Assembly (NCBI GenBank): GCA_045807565.1
Contig: JBJMHD010000112.1
Location: 15,212 to 79,211, forward strand
DNA from: Acidimicrobiales bacterium
GTDB taxonomy: Bacteria > Actinomycetota > Acidimicrobiia > Acidimicrobiales > VFJN01
DNA: 64,000 nucleotides
Direction of reading: 5' to 3'
How positions within the stretch are numbered: the stretch's first letter is position 1; each line of letters begins with the position of its first letter. The notes below the pieces were generated by a model that was given only the letters and a program-made list of their open reading frames with translations, was not told where the DNA came from and did not search any database. Positions 41,740-50,962 of the stretch are shown here, piece by piece. Both the position numbers and the translations under genes were made by a program.

Positions 41740-42285
41740 ATGGCCGAGATCCCTGACGAGGCGCACGGGCGAGTGACGAATCCCGAGCGCTATCGGGTCG
41801 TCCAGGACGCCGCGCGTCGCCTGATCGAGGAGCTCCGGGAAGCGTTCGATGTGCACGAGCGCCCAGCGCCGTCGTCCGACCCTGTGTTTGCGTCCTGCCA
41901 GGTCGCGTTCAGCGACATGGTCCAGCTCGTTCCGACGGGCGAGGGAACGACTCCGATCACCTTGGCGTTCTCTGACTTCCCGTCGGTGTTCCTTCGGTCG
42001 GGTGCTTGGCAGCTCTCGGCATATCCGGGCTGCGGATGCGACGCCTGTGATGAGGATCCGCACGATGTCGCGGCGCTTCTCCGACACGACGTCGAGGTTG
42101 TCGCCGCAGGTGGTCTTTCTGAGGAGTGGGACGGCGAGTGGATGCGTACGGCGTGGGTCCACCCCGACGGCTCATCGTCCAGTGGCGGGGCGCTTCGAGA
42201 GGCGGGACGAGAGCTACTCGGTGAGCCGCGGCGCTACGAATGGCGCCCCTGGCAGCGCAAGGCGCCTTCCTCGACGCGGGCATAG
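41740..42285 (+). CDS. hypothetical protein (DUF6226-like, CGCDACDE motif)
   Basis: ORF as listed. YPGCGCDACDEDPHD resembles the actinobacterial DUF6226 family as I recall it. Confidence 0.6.
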   Translation: MAEIPDEAHGRVTNPERYRVVQDAARRLIEELREAFDVHERPAPSSDPVFASCQVAFSDMVQLVPTGEGTTPITLAFSDFPSVFLRSGAWQLSAYPGCGCDACDEDPHDVAALLRHDVEVVAAGGLSEEWDGEWMRTAWVHPDGSSSSGGALREAGRELLGEPRRYEWRPWQRKAPSSTRA

Positions 42286-42335
42286 CTGCCGATCTTCCCG
42301 CGGCATGTCGGGCAGCAAGCACACGTTGTTCGCGC

Positions 42336-43673
42336 TCAACCGTCGTCGAGAACGCTGAACACCTCGACTGGCTCGGCGAGGCCCTTCAGGTCTCGCACAC
42401 CGAGCGGCTGGAACCGGAAGCGGGAGCCAGAGACGAGGTCGCGCACGGTCCGGGACGCGACGATCCCGCCCGACTCGGCCAGTGCCATGACCCGGGCGGC
42501 GGTGTGCACGGCGACCCCTCGCACCGCGTCGCCTACCAGCTCGACTTCGCCGGTGTGAACGCCGGCTCGGACGGTGAGTCCGAGCTCGGCGATGCGAGTC
42601 CGGAACGCGTCGGCCGCTTCGAGCCCGCGGCTCGGGCTCTCGAACAGGGCGAACATCCCGTCCCCCGTCGTATCGACCAGTCGCCCTCCGAAGCGACCCA
42701 CGATCGACGCCACCAGGTCGTTGTGCAGCCCTACGAGCCGTGCCCACGCATGGTCGCCGACGGACGCGAGGTGTTCGGTCGAACCGACGATGTCGGTGAA
42801 CAGGATCGTCGCGAGCATTCGATTCGACTGGACCACGGGCTCCTTGCCGGTGACGAACCGCTCGACCTCGTCGAGGATCAGATCCGTGTCCGGACCAACC
42901 CAGACGAGATGATCGTCACCGTCGAGCTCGACGAGGCGCCCGTCGGCGAGGTGGTCGGCGAGATAATGACCATGCTCGACGGGGATGTATCGGTCGGAAC
43001 GTCGGTGGAGCACGAGCACGGGACAGGCGATGACGCCCAGCGCTGCGCGGACATCGGTGGCACCGACCAGCCGGGTCGTTCGCTCGAAGCTGCCGGGACT
43101 GGATGCGAGGCGCTGATAGCGCATCGCCCACTCCTCGAACGCGGCGTCCCCAAGCTTGCTCGACGCAGCCAGCGCGATCCCCGCCCGGTCCTCGCCATAG
43201 GTATCGGTGAGCTTCTTCACATAGTCGCGAGCGGGACCCCATTCGACGCCAATCGGATAGTCGTCGCGACGCATGAACCGGGCGGTGCCGTTGATGACGA
43301 CGAGCCGGCGCACCCGCTGGGGGAAGGTCGCGGCGAGTGGTAGCGCGATGAGGCTCGCCTCGTTGGCGCATACGACGGTGACCCCGGCGCATCCAACCGC
43401 GTTCAGAACGGCCATCGCGTCATCGACGTGGGCCTCGAGGGTTGCCGCGTCACCGAGTGGATCGGACAGCCCCGCCCCGCGCTTGTCGAAGATGATGAGC
43501 TGAGAGAAGGACGCCAGCCGGGTCAGGAACCCCGCCAAGGCCGGTTCGTCCCACATCGCCTCGATGTGCGTCGACAACCCGAGCATGAACAGAACCGGCT
43601 CGCCGGTGCCGACGGTCTGATAGGCGATGTGCGCGCCACCAACCCGGGCGTACCGCGTCGTCGGCGCGTCCAC
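42336..43673 (-). CDS. alpha/beta-hydrolase-fold domain fused to class III adenylate/guanylate cyclase
   Basis: ORF 42336..43847 trimmed to GTG 43673 (residue 59), 4 nt after the upstream stop. Cyclase motifs FTDIVGSTE, TTGDGMFALF and RAGVHTGEV. The N-terminal hydrolase fold reads ANEAS where the GxSxG elbow is expected. Confidence 0.8.
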   Translation of the reverse strand: MDAPTTRYARVGGAHIAYQTVGTGEPVLFMLGLSTHIEAMWDEPALAGFLTRLASFSQLIIFDKRGAGLSDPLGDAATLEAHVDDAMAVLNAVGCAGVTVVCANEASLIALPLAATFPQRVRRLVVINGTARFMRRDDYPIGVEWGPARDYVKKLTDTYGEDRAGIALAASSKLGDAAFEEWAMRYQRLASSPGSFERTTRLVGATDVRAALGVIACPVLVLHRRSDRYIPVEHGHYLADHLADGRLVELDGDDHLVWVGPDTDLILDEVERFVTGKEPVVQSNRMLATILFTDIVGSTEHLASVGDHAWARLVGLHNDLVASIVGRFGGRLVDTTGDGMFALFESPSRGLEAADAFRTRIAELGLTVRAGVHTGEVELVGDAVRGVAVHTAARVMALAESGGIVASRTVRDLVSGSRFRFQPLGVRDLKGLAEPVEVFSVLDDG

Positions 43674-43677
43674 TCCG

Positions 43678-44370
43678 TCAGTCCCCGAGCGCTTGTTCGG
43701 ACCAGGTAAACGGAAACGACAGGCCGGCGTCGAGGTATGGCGTCGGATCCGACGACCACGCCAGTCCACCCACCTGCACCCGACTCCGACGCCCGTACAG
43801 CAGACGGAACAGCTCGTACGCATCCACCTCGAGCGCCGCAGGGTCATCGACCGCAGGGCCGATCCACCACGTGCGAAGGCCGGGCACCTCGACCCGGAGT
43901 GAAGGCGCGCCCGCGGTCCGAAGGACGACCCTCCAACGGGCGATGCCGGTCTGGATGGCCACGGCTACATCCGGGAGCGGGACGCGACGCGCCGGCGCGA
44001 TCGCCGCCGCGAGGTCGGCTTCGTGGACCACTGCGTCGCCGAATGCGAGCTCGAGGGCGTGGGTCCCCATCACCGGTGGTGCGTCCCGTAGCCGCGCCGC
44101 AGCAATCCGCCACCGCTCGATCACCTCGTCGACCGATGCATCTGCGAGCGAGACCACATGCCGAGCAGCCCACTCCGCCGAGGCATACCCATGGACGTTT
44201 CCAGCAACCAGGTCATCCGCGACACCGGCCACATGGGAGATCAGATCTCGGCCCGACCACTCCGGGCACGCTGGCACCATCGTGTCGAGTGTCGCCCGAT
44301 GCTCGAGCGCAACTGCGACGATCCTCTCCCGCACTCCGCGATAGCCGGCCTCAATGGCTGCTGCGTCCAC
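43678..44370 (-). CDS. DinB/maleylpyruvate-isomerase-family mycothiol-dependent enzyme
   Basis: ORF 43678..44427 trimmed to GTG 44370. CPEWSGRDLISHVAGV, with a C-terminal MDMPI-like extension. Confidence 0.65.
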   Translation of the reverse strand: MDAAAIEAGYRGVRERIVAVALEHRATLDTMVPACPEWSGRDLISHVAGVADDLVAGNVHGYASAEWAARHVVSLADASVDEVIERWRIAAARLRDAPPVMGTHALELAFGDAVVHEADLAAAIAPARRVPLPDVAVAIQTGIARWRVVLRTAGAPSLRVEVPGLRTWWIGPAVDDPAALEVDAYELFRLLYGRRSRVQVGGLAWSSDPTPYLDAGLSFPFTWSEQALGD

Positions 44371-44555
44371 CCGGCGAGTATCGCAGTGCGTCAACAGATG
44401 TCGCGAGGGTGCTGCGACGCGGCACATCTGCCGATCTGCCAGCGGCGCCTCGGGCGGAGTGTGCGCACATCTCGGCGCGATGAACGCGGCCCAGTAGTAG
44501 CGTGATTCGGCGCCGCTCTCGTCGGGAGCGCGGCGTTGGGCGGGGGTCCGAGCGG

Positions 44556-45095
44556 ATGAAGCGATTCGTTGGTGGTGCGGCTGCCCTTGGACTGCTCGTC
44601 GTCACGCTGGCCGCTGGGATCATGACCTCGGCCCCGGCGAGCGCGAGCGCTTCTGTCACGCTCGCCGGCTCGTTCTCGATAAAGGCCACGCTCACCAGCG
44701 GCGTCTATGGCATCTGTCCTACGGGGGTGGCTGACGAGTGCGGCGCCGTTGAGCTGGCGGGGCTGGGGATAGCTGATTGGACGTACTTCTTCGGCCCTAC
44801 CTTTGAACCGGATGGCCACTGCTTCGACGTGGACGGCCTCTTCACGCTCACGCTGCGATCAGACAGGAGCACGATCTCCGGACCGCTCACCGGTGTCTTC
44901 TGTCCGGGTCCGTCACAGGCGGGGGACCAGCACTCACATGGACATGGGTTCGGAAACCCATATGTGGAGGATGACACCATCCTGTTCGCCGGTGGAACCG
45001 GTCAGTTCGAAGGTCTCTCAGGCATCGCTAGCTTCCATACCTCTACCGCTGGCGCCGGCTTCCGAGGAACGCTGAAGGGGACACTGAGCGGCTAA
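44556..45095 (+). CDS. hypothetical secreted protein
   Basis: ATG 44556 (residue 19 of ORF 44502..45095). Signal peptide MKRFVGGAAALGLLVVTLAAGIMTSAPASA. Noticeably more A/T-ending codons than neighbouring genes. Confidence 0.6.
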   Translation: MKRFVGGAAALGLLVVTLAAGIMTSAPASASASVTLAGSFSIKATLTSGVYGICPTGVADECGAVELAGLGIADWTYFFGPTFEPDGHCFDVDGLFTLTLRSDRSTISGPLTGVFCPGPSQAGDQHSHGHGFGNPYVEDDTILFAGGTGQFEGLSGIASFHTSTAGAGFRGTLKGTLSG

Positions 45096-45260
45096 CCGCT
45101 CCGGGACTCCCCTCGAGGACAGGGTCCTTGGCTCCGAGCATGAGCCCCCCGCGGCCGCCGGTGGCAGGTGGCCGGGCTGGTCTTCCCGGAACCTTGTTGG
45201 TGGTCGGCCGCCAGGTGCGTACGGTCACTCGCCTTCGAGCTCGTGAAGCGAGGGAGGATC

Positions 45261-46274
45261 ATGGCCGCGCTCGATCTGTCGATCGTGCCCGAGGAGCGCC
45301 GGAACCTCGTCCACGCCGTGGTTGATGCGGCCTTCGGCACGACGGCGCACGCCATCGCCGCGGTTGCCGGTGGCTGGTCCGGCGCGCTCACCTATCGGGT
45401 CGACGCCAGCGACGGCCCCTTCCTGATCCGCGTCGAAATGATCCGGGGCTTCGTGCGGAACCCGTACCAGTACGACTGCATGCGGATCGCCGCGGAGGCC
45501 GGCATCGCCCCGCCCATCCGTCACCTCGATGCGGACGCAGGCGTCGTGGTCATGCCCTTCCTGACCGCTCGGCCGTTGTCGGACCACCCGGGCGGGCCAC
45601 TCGGGGTGGCTCGCGACGCCGGAGCGCTGCTGGCACGGCTCCACCAAACGGTCCCATTCCGAGCACACGGCGACTACCTCACCAACCTGACCACGATGGT
45701 CCAGTTCCTCGAGGGCTCGGGCAGGGTGGCGCCCGGGCTCCTCCAACCCCACCGGGCCGGGTTCGAACGGATCCGGGCTGCCTACCCATGGCAGCCCGAG
45801 CGCTTCGTCTCGAGTCACAACGACCCCAACGAGCAGAACCTCCTCTTCGACGGCCGGCGACTGTGGCTGGTCGACTGGGAGACCGCGTCGCGGAGCGATC
45901 CGTTCATCGACGCCGCGATCATGGCGTCGTACCTCGCCCCCACCAATGACCTACGACACGTACTGCTCAGCGCGTGGCTCGGCCGCCCGCCGGATCGCCT
46001 CGACCAGGCGCGCCTCGCCCTCATGGCTCGGATCACCCAGCTCTACGTCGGCTGCGTCCTGCTCCTCATCGCAGTGGACCCCGCGACGCCCAGGCACACC
46101 GACCTCGCCGCGATGGACCTCGACGAGCTGCGCGCCACCTTCGCACGAGGGGACCTCGTCGGCGGCACCGCGGTAGGAAGCATCGCCTTCGCCAAGACCA
46201 TGCTCCAGATGTTCCTCGACAGCCTCACGACTCCCGACCTGGACGAATCCCTGCGCGTGATCGCCCTTGGCTGA
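45261..46274 (+). CDS. phosphotransferase (APH/choline-kinase-like) family protein
   Basis: ATG 45261 (residue 32 of ORF 45168..46274), preceded by AGGGAGG. Catalytic HNDPNEQNLLF and LVDWETA. Confidence 0.8.
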   Translation: MAALDLSIVPEERRNLVHAVVDAAFGTTAHAIAAVAGGWSGALTYRVDASDGPFLIRVEMIRGFVRNPYQYDCMRIAAEAGIAPPIRHLDADAGVVVMPFLTARPLSDHPGGPLGVARDAGALLARLHQTVPFRAHGDYLTNLTTMVQFLEGSGRVAPGLLQPHRAGFERIRAAYPWQPERFVSSHNDPNEQNLLFDGRRLWLVDWETASRSDPFIDAAIMASYLAPTNDLRHVLLSAWLGRPPDRLDQARLALMARITQLYVGCVLLLIAVDPATPRHTDLAAMDLDELRATFARGDLVGGTAVGSIAFAKTMLQMFLDSLTTPDLDESLRVIALG

Positions 46275-46364
46275 ACTGGAGCAGAGCCGTCTGGCCGGCG
46301 AAGCGGAAGCACTCGGCACCCTGATCCTCAAGGGTTCCGTAGACTTGATCCTTGACGCCTGAGG

Positions 46365-46559
46365 TCAGGGCTTCACGACTCGTCGTTGCTCGATCTCGCC
46401 GGTCGGGCTCTTGGTGATCAGCACTGCGCCACCGACGGATCTGGCACGCGCAACTGCCCACGCCTCGGCGTCACCGCGCCGCTCGAACAGCTTCGAACGC
46501 TCCTCATCGTGCACATGCACCCATCGCGAACCCTCGGGTTCGATGGCGATCTGGCGCAT
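46365..46559 (-). CDS. DUF2188-like small protein
   Basis: ORF 46365..46595 trimmed to ATG 46559 (MRQIAIEPEGSRWVHVHDEE...GEIEQRRVV). Confidence 0.55.
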   Translation of the reverse strand: MRQIAIEPEGSRWVHVHDEERSKLFERRGDAEAWAVARARSVGGAVLITKSPTGEIEQRRVVKP

Positions 46560-46743
46560 TCGGTCTGGTTGCCGCGCTGGTGATCGCATTTGCATCCCTG
46601 CCTTCTTCTAGACAGCCGCCGCACGCATACCCCGAACAGGCGAGGGCTAGTGCCGCCCCGGATCCGCCGCCGGGGGCCGGGCGCGTCTGGCGCTCTCGAC
46701 GACCGGGAATCGGCTTCGTACCCGCCCACCGCAGGGGTGGAGC

Positions 46744-46781
46744 ACGCGGCCCCGGTCGACGCACAGGTCCCGGGGCCGCGT
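46744..46781. other. perfect 12-bp GC-rich hairpin in a 433-nt divergent spacer
   Basis: ACGCGGCCCCGG (46744-46755) / CCGGGGCCGCGT (46770-46781) with a 14-nt loop. It lies between divergently transcribed genes, so it is not a terminator for either. Confidence 0.5.
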
Positions 46782-46992
46782 CGCGTGTCGAGCCGTTGTG
46801 GGTGGTCCGCCGTTGGGGTTGCGGCCGCCTAGCGCTCGTCCTCAGGGGTGGCGCAGGCGCATCTCGGGCAGCAGGGGACGGGTCACCTCTCGGCGGGAGC
46901 GCGAGACTCGACCTCGTGGCGATCGCCTGTGCCGACTGCGGATGTCTGGTCGATCGGGGCGTGATCGTGCAGCCCTGCGTCGAGTACCCGAC

Positions 46993-47490
46993 ATGCTGCT
47001 GTGCTTCTCTCCCGGTTCGCCCCTCGGAACCCTCGTGACCTGCGCCTGCTGCGGACGCGCGCGCGACGTGGTGGCGTTGCACTCACGGGACGACGTGGCG
47101 CTGTGCCGAGAGTGCATCGGGTGGCTACGAGCACAGAGCGGTGTCGTTGACTCGACACCGACCTTGCCCGTGAGCGACCTCCCGGAGTCGACCGCCTTCT
47201 ACACACGGGCTGGCTTCGACGTGCGCGGCTACGAAGGCGGCGGCTTCGCCTTCGTCAGCTATGAGGACGAGAGCGTGTTCGATCTAGACCCAGCGGAAGC
47301 GTTCGACGCCAGCGCCAACCGTGCGGGCTGCTATCTGGTGGTCCCCGACGCCGATGCTTGGCATCAGCGGCTCCACAGCGCCGGCCTCCCTGTCACCGAC
47401 ATCGCTGAGCAGCCGTGGCGAATGCGGGAGTTCACGCTCACCGACCCCGACGGCAACAACCTGCGGATCGGACACAGCATCGACGCGTGA
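46993..47490 (+). CDS. VOC (glyoxalase/bleomycin-resistance) family protein with N-terminal 4-Cys zinc-ribbon-like segment
   Basis: ATG 46993 is residue 66 of ORF 46798..47490; GC3 is poor upstream of it. TCACCGR...LCRECIGW, then the VOC core FYTRAGFDV...REFTLTDPDGNNLRIG. Confidence 0.75.
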   Translation: MLLCFSPGSPLGTLVTCACCGRARDVVALHSRDDVALCRECIGWLRAQSGVVDSTPTLPVSDLPESTAFYTRAGFDVRGYEGGGFAFVSYEDESVFDLDPAEAFDASANRAGCYLVVPDADAWHQRLHSAGLPVTDIAEQPWRMREFTLTDPDGNNLRIGHSIDA

Positions 47491-47609
47491 CGTGACCTTG
47501 CACCGGGCATAACTGCTCCCGATGCTTCCAGACGGATGCCCCTTACCTGCCGGTACGCAGTAACCCCGGGGACCAGCGAGCGAGCTCTTCACGGCGCCGC
47601 GCGAGCAGC

Positions 47610-48176
47610 TCACTCGCGTCGGTAGTCGTCGAAGGAGGGTGCGAAGGTCTCCCGTTCGACGCCCGCGCTGTTCGCGGTGAAGCTGATCGAGTGGTACCAG
47701 CCGGTCAACATGGGAAGGTCCAGTAGCTGCTCGGTCGTGAAGACCTCGGCGAGCCGGGCCCACAACGCGTCATCGATGGTCCCGCTGTCGTGGAGCTGAT
47801 CGACGGCTTCAATGAGCAGGGAATCCCGATCGTCGGTCCAGCAGTCGTCGTCAGCCGACCCGTGAGCAAGCGACCCGACTTGCTCCCGCGTCAACGCCGC
47901 CGCGTCCGAGAAGAATGCGACATGCACGCCCCACTCGTACTCGCACCGGCACCGTGCCGTCGAGCGGTCGATGACGATCTCCCGGTCCCTGAGCGTGAGC
48001 GACAGACGCGCGCCGAGCTCATACCCGCCCCAGCGCCCCATCGCCTTGGCCATCGGAAGGTTCCTCACGAACGTTCGGAACAAGGCAATCGGAGGCTGGT
48101 CGCCTGGCATCATCGCCTCCAGCCGCTCTGCAACCTCCGGTTCGTAAGGTTCTTCGATGGGAGAGATGCGGGCCAT
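47610..48176 (-). CDS. carboxymuconolactone decarboxylase (AhpD-like) family protein
   Basis: ORF 47610..48230 trimmed to ATG 48176. REIVIDRSTARCRCEYEWGVH. Confidence 0.75.
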   Translation of the reverse strand: MARISPIEEPYEPEVAERLEAMMPGDQPPIALFRTFVRNLPMAKAMGRWGGYELGARLSLTLRDREIVIDRSTARCRCEYEWGVHVAFFSDAAALTREQVGSLAHGSADDDCWTDDRDSLLIEAVDQLHDSGTIDDALWARLAEVFTTEQLLDLPMLTGWYHSISFTANSAGVERETFAPSFDDYRRE

Positions 48177-48340
48177 TCCCCGAGTCTGACCCAATCGGTC
48201 GACTCGACCTCCGCGTCGCAGCGGCGTCACCTACCTGCCGATCGCCGACGCGCACCTCGGGCACCAGGCCCGCATGACCGGCAAGCGTGGGCGCGACGGA
48301 GAGCCAGAGGTGGCCGTCACGGCGTGGATCCTGGTGAGAA

Positions 48341-49138
48341 CTACGAGCGTCGCTCGCGAGCGCGCACCGCTGCAGCGTGGCGCGCGGCGAGCTCGTAGAC
48401 CCCCATGACTCCCAGTTGCGTCGTCCAGGGACGGTCGAGCGTCTGCCAGTACGGCCCATAGCTTGGGTATCCATCGACGTCGTCACCGGCATCCCACTCG
48501 ACATCGAAGAGCCGGGCGTAGCTCTCGTACACCAAGGTCTCCTCGGCACCGTCTCGCGGCTCCACGGTGAAGTCGACGCGCCACTGTCGGCGCACGACCC
48601 CACCAACGCTGCCGTGCGTCAGGTGTTCGTCGAAGACGATGACGTCTCCGGGGTTCGTAACGAGCGCCACGGCGTCGGGCGCCCCTGCGGGCCCGTCCTC
48701 GCGGTGCGAACGAGGGATGACGCGCAACGCACCGGATGCCGCATCGAGGGGCTCGAGGTATGCGACGAAGCTGAGGCTCGGGATCGCCGCGTCGCTATCA
48801 GCATGGAAGCCGCTTGATCCGAAGTACCGCGTGCCCTTGGCGCGTCCGGGTAGCACTGGCCGCCCAAGCAGCTTCGACGCCGTAACCGCAAGTGCATCGA
48901 GCAACGCGAGACTGACCGGGGTCCTCTCACACATCATCACCACGACCCGGAACTCGACACCCCCGCTGCCCTGCTTCACCTCGCCGTCGTCTCGTAGGCC
49001 TCGCTCCAACGCGTCGTCGACCTCAGCCGAGAGCTCTGAGGGATCGAACACTTGGCGCAGCACGAGGTAGCCCTGATCCCGAAACATTGCGGTCGCCGCA
49101 TCGTCGACCAGTCCCTTGGCCATCGAGTCGCAGACCAT
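48341..49138 (-). CDS. phytanoyl-CoA dioxygenase (PhyH) family Fe(II)/2-oxoglutarate oxygenase
   Basis: ORF 48341..49231; start ATG 49138 or 49123. FRDQGYLVLRQVF, HADSD (HxD) and distal DEHLTHGS. Confidence 0.75.
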   Translation of the reverse strand: MVCDSMAKGLVDDAATAMFRDQGYLVLRQVFDPSELSAEVDDALERGLRDDGEVKQGSGGVEFRVVVMMCERTPVSLALLDALAVTASKLLGRPVLPGRAKGTRYFGSSGFHADSDAAIPSLSFVAYLEPLDAASGALRVIPRSHREDGPAGAPDAVALVTNPGDVIVFDEHLTHGSVGGVVRRQWRVDFTVEPRDGAEETLVYESYARLFDVEWDAGDDVDGYPSYGPYWQTLDRPWTTQLGVMGVYELAARHAAAVRARERRS

Positions 49139-49304
49139 GGCGTGATCATCGTTCACGCCCTCCACCGGCCGCTCGCAGATTCCGTGACCCCACCACCGAT
49201 GCGCAGCAGATCGCCCGATGGCGACCGGCAACGGGCCTGCTCGCGCGAGACCGGGCTGGCTCCCGTGGGACTGATGGTGAACGCGGAGGCGGATCGATGA
49301 CCGC

Positions 49305-50048
49305 GTGCGGCAGGCTCGTGCCGTGCCGGACCTGATCTTCGACGAGCCGCGCCTGGCCGAGATCTACGACGACCTCGACCCGGATCGCAGCGACCTCGAC
49401 GCGTACGTGGCGATCGCGCGGGAGCGTCGGGCGGCCTCAGCCGTCGACATCGGCTGTGGGACCGGGACGTTGGCCTGCCGCTTGGCCAACCAGGGGCTCG
49501 AGGTCCTTGGCGTGGATCCCGCCGCGGCGATGCTGGCCGTCGCGCGACGCAAGCGGGGCGCGGAACGGGTCCACTGGGTCCACGGCGGTGCCACGGACCT
49601 TCCTGAGGCGCAGGTGGACCTGGTGACCATGACGGCCAACGTCGCCCAGGTCTTCCTCGCCGAGGATCAATGGGCCGGCACCCTCGACGCGGCGCGCCGT
49701 GTCCTGCGCCCAGGCGGTTCGATCGTCTTCGAGAGTCGGCGGCCCGAGCGAGAAGCGTGGCTCGAGTGGACCCCGGACGGGTCCTTCGAACGAGTCGAGA
49801 TCGACGGCGTTGGTGTCGTCGAGACCTGGAACGAGGTCATCGACGTGTCATTGCCGTTCGTGTCGTTCTGCACCACGGTCGTCTTCGGTCGCGCCGGCAC
49901 GACGCTCAGGTCTGAGTCGGCCCTTCGCTTCCGCACCCGCGACGAGCTCGCGGCTTCGCTCGGGGCGGCCGGGTTTCGAGTCGACGATGTTCGCGATGCC
50001 CCCGATCGTCCTGGCAAGGAATACGTGTTCCTGGCCACACGCCTGTAG
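49305..50048 (+). CDS. class I SAM-dependent methyltransferase
   Basis: ORF as listed (alternative GTG 49323). Motif I VDIGCGTGTLACRL. Confidence 0.85.
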   Translation: MRQARAVPDLIFDEPRLAEIYDDLDPDRSDLDAYVAIARERRAASAVDIGCGTGTLACRLANQGLEVLGVDPAAAMLAVARRKRGAERVHWVHGGATDLPEAQVDLVTMTANVAQVFLAEDQWAGTLDAARRVLRPGGSIVFESRRPEREAWLEWTPDGSFERVEIDGVGVVETWNEVIDVSLPFVSFCTTVVFGRAGTTLRSESALRFRTRDELAASLGAAGFRVDDVRDAPDRPGKEYVFLATRL

Positions 50049-50149
50049 GGGGAGATCGATGCGGGCTCCGTCGATGTCCCAGATCGGCCGGAGAGCCAAC
50101 GACGTCGGGCCTAGCCTCACTCCGACGCCGATGGGCAGAAGGAGAAGCG

Positions 50150-50452
50150 ATGGCGACACTGCTCATCGAGCATCCGATCACCGACCTTGACACCTGGTTG
50201 GGGGCCTTCAACAGCTTTGCTGACGCGCGGAAGAACGCGGGAGTGCGGGACCAGCGGGTTCGTCAACCCGTCGGCGATCCCCGCTTCATCGTGGTGGAGC
50301 TGGACTTCGACGACAGCGAAGCGGCACACGGCTTCAAGGAGCTCCTCGAAGGCGTCGTCTGGCAATCCAAGGACCTCTCACCGGGTCTGGATGGCGAGCC
50401 GAGAGCGCGGGTGCTCGAGGACGTCGATCCGGGTCGGCTTGCGTCTGCATGA
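50150..50452 (+). CDS. hypothetical small alpha+beta protein
   Basis: ORF as listed. AAGGAGAAG SD. No motif recognised. Confidence 0.55.
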   Translation: MATLLIEHPITDLDTWLGAFNSFADARKNAGVRDQRVRQPVGDPRFIVVELDFDDSEAAHGFKELLEGVVWQSKDLSPGLDGEPRARVLEDVDPGRLASA

Positions 50453-50463
50453 CGGCCGGACGG

Positions 50464-50898
50464 TCAGCACGCTGAACCGGCGATCACCTCGTCGTCGGGT
50501 CGATCGACGTAGACGCGCTCGTTGGTCATGAGGTCATCGTCATCGAAGTCGAACACCGCCCAGAGCTTCACCTCGAACCCGTTCGCCGAACCGCCAGGAG
50601 TGCCGCGCAGGACGAAGTGGAGAACGACCTGGCCACCCTCCGCGACCTCGAGGCTGATCAGCTCGTTGCGCTGATCGGGAACGGCGGCGCGACCGTCGAC
50701 CCAGTAGGCCATGACGTCGTCTCGCCCGTCGACGATCCGGCCGTCGGGCAGCTCGTAGCGAGGGTGGCTGAACGTCGCCATGGTCCGGACCCACTCGTGG
50801 GTGTTCTCGCTGCTCATGTGTTCGAGGGTCACGAGGGCCCGTCGAACTGCTCGGTCAGCCGACGCGAGGAGCTCGGGTGCTGCGGTCACGGTCGTCAT
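50464..50898 (-). CDS. NTF2/SnoaL-like family protein
   Basis: ORF as listed. Length and pattern (...VLHFVLRGTP...KLWAVFDFDDDDLMTNERVYVD) are typical of SnoaL-like folds. Confidence 0.6.
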   Translation of the reverse strand: MTTVTAAPELLASADRAVRRALVTLEHMSSENTHEWVRTMATFSHPRYELPDGRIVDGRDDVMAYWVDGRAAVPDQRNELISLEVAEGGQVVLHFVLRGTPGGSANGFEVKLWAVFDFDDDDLMTNERVYVDRPDDEVIAGSAC

Positions 50899-50962
50899 CC
50901 CCTTCCGCCTTCGATCCCGCCAACACTTCCAGACCGCTGACCCCTACCTGCCGAGCTGATCG

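Noticed and set aside
46805-46825. Short similarity of CCGCCGTTGGGGTTGC to the 3' end of tRNA-Glu (CCCGTTGGGGGTGCC), considered as a possible attR remnant.
   Set aside because: Only about 9-10 contiguous matching bases, which is within chance expectation for GC-rich sequence of this length. No integrase gene is present.
46916-47038. The Cys-rich 40-aa frame interpreted as a RiPP or lanthipeptide-type precursor.
   Set aside because: No modification enzyme, protease or exporter genes are nearby. The Cys density also appears in the overlapping VOC frame, so it may be a by-product of TGC/TGT-rich DNA. It is kept only as a low-key part of a finding.
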